64,000 nucleotides of DNA, from the NCBI RefSeq assembly GCF_963506605.1, contig NC_083278.1:68882001-68946000 (forward strand), read 5' to 3'. The notes below the pieces were generated by a model. The model had not been told where the DNA came from. It was given only the letters and a program-made list of their open reading frames with translations, and made no database searches. Source of the DNA: Zootoca vivipara (Eukaryota). How positions within the stretch are numbered: the stretch's first letter is position 1; every line of letters begins with the position of its first letter. The translations under genes were made by a program, and so were the position numbers. Positions 60,405-64,000 of this stretch are shown in pieces.

Positions 60405-63186
60405 CTCTAGATGATGTTGATTTCCAACCTGCATCAGCTTCATCTAGTCAGGGATGATGTGAGTCATGGTTCAACATCTAGAGAGCCAAAGGTTAGTAAC
60501 CACTAATAGTAAAAATCAAAATTGGCAAGCAAAGGCTGATTCTAAACCATTGGTTTAAATCAAGTTGCTCACTGAAAGTTGTTCTTTTTTCTGGAATGAT
60601 GGTGCAAATAATCTACATTTACAACTAGAATGTTATTCACACTTTGATGCTTTCAAGAAAGTCCTGCATCTCTTTGCACTATATATGTGCATTTTGAATG
60701 CTTCCCTTTTTCTCTTAAAAAAGGAAGGTATTTGAAATATAATCATGTAGCGTCTTATGACAAGCAGCCATGACAGTATGTGTTAATTGTGAGAACAAAG
60801 GAATCTGAGCAACGGACAATTTTCTCTTCTCTTCTTCTTTCCAGTGGTGTTCCATTCTGCTTCATTCTGCCTTGGCCCTGTTCCACCCTCAAAAAAGCAA
60901 AGTAGCAAACAAAATGAAATGCCCAAGACTGATAGGTTGAACCAAAGTCTGAGAATAACTGGGCAAACTAGAGAAGATTTTCATGAGATGAAAATGACAT
61001 GCCTATGTTTGGTAGGTAGAGTGTAAATAATCCTATTTGAGAAATGATCAGATTGGTTCCTAATTTACATAGAAATAGAGCACTCAACTTTTTGGGATAG
61101 TTACCTGAAAACTGCTTTCTCTCACATGTACATGCTCAACTTTTAAGAACATTTTAAGAGGCCTTGAGAATGGTCCCACTTTCTGAATTAATGTAGATGG
61201 TAACAGGTAGCAGGACCTTTCAGGTTTTTTGTGGCATCTTTTCCCTTTACCATAAAGAGTTAAAACACTGCTGTTTTCCTCTTTTTATCCTGTTGTTCTT
61301 AATTATTCTATGTTTATATTGAAAGCTACCTTGTGAATCAGTATTAAAAAGGGGGATAGAAATATTTTAAATAAAAAAAGACCTTGTACAATCATAGTTC
61401 CTCTTGTGAGATTGAAAGCTGCTGTGGAAGATCTTCCAACCTTCTGGAGCAGGTTTGGGAGAGTTAATTGGGGCTTAGTTAGGAAGGGGTCCTTCAGAGT
61501 TATTGCGTGGGGAAGTACTATTTATTATTTTCTGAAATCCCCTCTGCATATTTCACACATGATTGGGCTACCTCATACAGACATAATTAAATGTAAGAAG
61601 GATATTACTTTGCTCCTAAAAAACTCCACCAGTCTTTTTTTTTAAAGCTGTGCACTTTTATTTACTACTACCACTGTTCCCTTATTATTGTCATCGTCAT
61701 CATGATTGACCTGGAAAACCATTCAGGCTTTATGCATTTGATCTGTTATATTTACATTAGATAGAAAAGCTGTTCATCAGTTAAACGCTTCAACTCTTTG
61801 GTACATGGGTTATTAGAGGTGAATAATGTGGATTTAAAGGATTTAGTAATTCATTCTAAAACTCATACTACATTTTTAATTTTTTTTTTAGTTTTTTGCC
61901 TTTTAAAGCACAGAACACCTGCTATCTAGAATACTCATTTTATCAAGATCACAGAGATACTGTAATCCAGATTAAAGAAGCAGTGATAAACAGTAATCCA
62001 GTTTTTGGAATTGATTGTCAGTGATATTTCTAAAGATAGATGTGATTTGAGCATTCAAGGGTTGGAGGGACTTGCACAGCTTTTCAGCAGATTTTCAGGA
62101 CCAATTAGAAATGAAATTGGTTTGTAAAGTAGTACTTGTAAATTATTTTAGCTTGATACTGTTTGGAATACAATTTTGATTAGGTGGTCTTATTTTTATT
62201 TCACGTTAGAGAGGAGGTGTTGGCCTTGAAATGTTTCTGGATTTGTAGAACTGTAGATTGTACCTACAAGTGTTCAGCTGCCTGGAGTGTACAATGCATT
62301 ACGGCCCTGAGGCTGGAGCACTGAAAAATCTCTCATTTACCTAGCTACACATACATTCAGAGGTGGGACAAATGCACCCAGTGAATGGAATGGACAGTGT
62401 GATCCCAACTCAGATGTTAATTGTGGAATTCTTATCAATGCTTCTTTTCTAGCAGATTCCTCTGAAGGAGGAATAGTACCTTCCAGAAGTCTATGGATAA
62501 ATTATAGCCACCAAGTTATGCTTTCCAAAAACAATGATTCCTTACATTTCATAGACAAATGCACACTTTTTTTTTTAGTACAGAGATAATCTGTATAGGA
62601 AAAAGTGGACACATTTGCATTGATACGAATGTGTAGATGGGATAGTCACTGATAATTAATATGAATTCGAACTAACATGGAAGTAAATTTCCCTCAATCC
62701 TGCTTTATCTGGCTTTAAGCTTCGGCATCCTTTTGAAGATTGATTTCAAACTATTTCTTAATATAGACATGGAACAAAAGAATTTGTTGCTGCTAACACT
62801 TGCTAGACATAATGGCAGGCTGCACACATAATTTGAACATTAAACTGATATTCATGCAGCTGTGAGGTGGTTTAAATCCTGCCATTTTGAGGAACATATC
62901 TTGAGAACTACCATGAAGCAAATGATGGGGCACTGTTTCTTCTGTTTTGCCCAAGCCTGCTTTGTGCTAATACTTGGTATTGAGCTTAGAGAAAGAAACA
63001 ACAACATTACATGTAGGCAATGAAGACTTCCCACTATCATTGCTTTTAGATATTCATCAGCTGCTTTCATAAAACTATATGCCTATTTAAAACTATTTTG
63101 TTTTTGCAATTCAGGTATAGTAAAAGATTTTTATCTTCAGTACTATCTACTTTGATTTAGGCACTGTCTGATTTATTGAAGTATTA

Positions 63187-64000
63187 CCGTGTTTCTCATA
63201 TTTTAAGTCATCCCTACAAAATAAGCCATGGCAGGATTTTCCTGAGTTGAAGAAATATAAGACATACCCCAAAAATAAGCCGTAGTGGTGGGAGCAGGTC
63301 TGGATGGCGCCATGGAAGAGGAAGATGCCTGTCAGCGCCCGGAACCGGCTGCTGCTGCCCCTCCAAAATGCCCAGCAGCATGCACCGCGCCAAGCGCTGA
63401 CCCGGCGGCGGGACTGGCAAGAGCCACAGCGCCCGCCGCTCCAAGCCCCGACCTGGCGGCGGGACTGGCAAGAGCCGCAGCGCGTGCTGCTCCAAGCTCC
63501 AACCCGGCGGCGGGACGCAGCAAGAGCCGCAGCGCGCGCCGCGTGGAACCCCGATCCGGCAGGACCCAGCAGCGTGCCCTGCTGAAGCGCCGACAACGCG
63601 CCCAGCAGCGCAGCAGCAGCCAGTTCCGGGGCGCCGAGCCGCGACAGGAAGAGGAGGGACGCAGCGGGACGCAGCAGCAACAACAAAAAACACCCGGCCG
63701 AGCCTCCATTGGCCGCCGCGGCTACCACTCGCTGGTCCCTCCCGGAGCTCCTTTGCGAAGAGGCTGCCCCACCGGAGCTTTGAACTGCTGTGCGCGGAGG
63801 CAGCAGCGGCGGTGAGTCTCGCTGGGAGCTCGGCACCAAGCAGGAGCAAGTGAAAAAAGCCCCGAGCTTGAGCGCGCTGCGGCTCTTGCTGCGTCCCACC
63901 ACCGCGTCAGGGCTTGGAGCAGTGCGCGCTGCAGGTTTTGCCGGTCCCGCCGCCGGCTTGGCGCTGGCGCTGCTCCAAGCCCCGCCCCGGCAGCGGGACG
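63187..64000. mobile_element. Tc2/pogo-like element with GC-rich repetitive cargo, runs off the window
   Basis: TA|CCGTGTTTCTCATATTTTAAG.. is the reverse complement of the right end of 22642-22876; internal GGCGGCGGGAC..GCAAGAGCC repeats. Confidence 0.75.

Larger units (their letters stand above)
47934..64000 (+). other. QKI: QKI intron 2, partial (phase 0)
   Basis: GTAAGT donor; no FNFVGRILGPRG-coding exon 3 seen in the window. Confidence 0.85.

Noticed and set aside
14545-63120. Possible recursive splice sites (polypyrimidine-CAG|GT at ~14556, ~25737, ~55215, ~63114)
   Set aside because: The regenerated donors (GTACTG, GTGTGG, GTCGTA, GTATAG) are weak and such matches are expected by chance
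36005-64000. Long ORFs at 36005-37060, 44021-44905 and 63147-63902
   Set aside because: They lie in repetitive GC-rich MITE interiors, are open in several frames at once, and show no recognisable domain
47934-64000. QKI exon 3
   Set aside because: No sequence encoding FNFVGRILGPRG was found; it should lie downstream of the window

Overview
Vertebrate genomic DNA, most likely from a lacertid lizard (inferred from Sauria-SINE, BovB, L2 and squamate MITE content). The window holds the 5' part of QKI (Quaking, a STAR/KH RNA-binding protein) on the + strand. This comprises a ~3.5 kb CpG-island promoter with a GC-rich leader, coding exon 1 (6566-6707), a 41 kb intron 1, coding exon 2 (47791-47933) and the first 16 kb of intron 2; exon 3 lies beyond the window. 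The introns are dense in transposable elements: BovB/RTE, L2, L1, CR1-tailed and Sauria SINEs, Penelope fragments, and hAT and Tc1/mariner-pogo MITEs, many nested and with readable TSDs. The other ORFs in the track are TE remnants or GC-rich noise. Most notable: (i) two Penelope-derived minimal hammerhead-ribozyme motifs, one sense to the QKI pre-mRNA; (ii) a Sauria SINE flanked by a perfect 106-bp duplication with slippage repeats at its 5' junction; (iii) a ~950-bp inverted hAT pair and competing inverted SINE pairs around the 143-nt exon 2, with circRNA, skipping or editing potential; (iv) MITEs carrying GC-rich, CpG-dense repetitive cargo that create intronic CpG-island-like patches. TE family names come from recalled consensus features, not from a database search.
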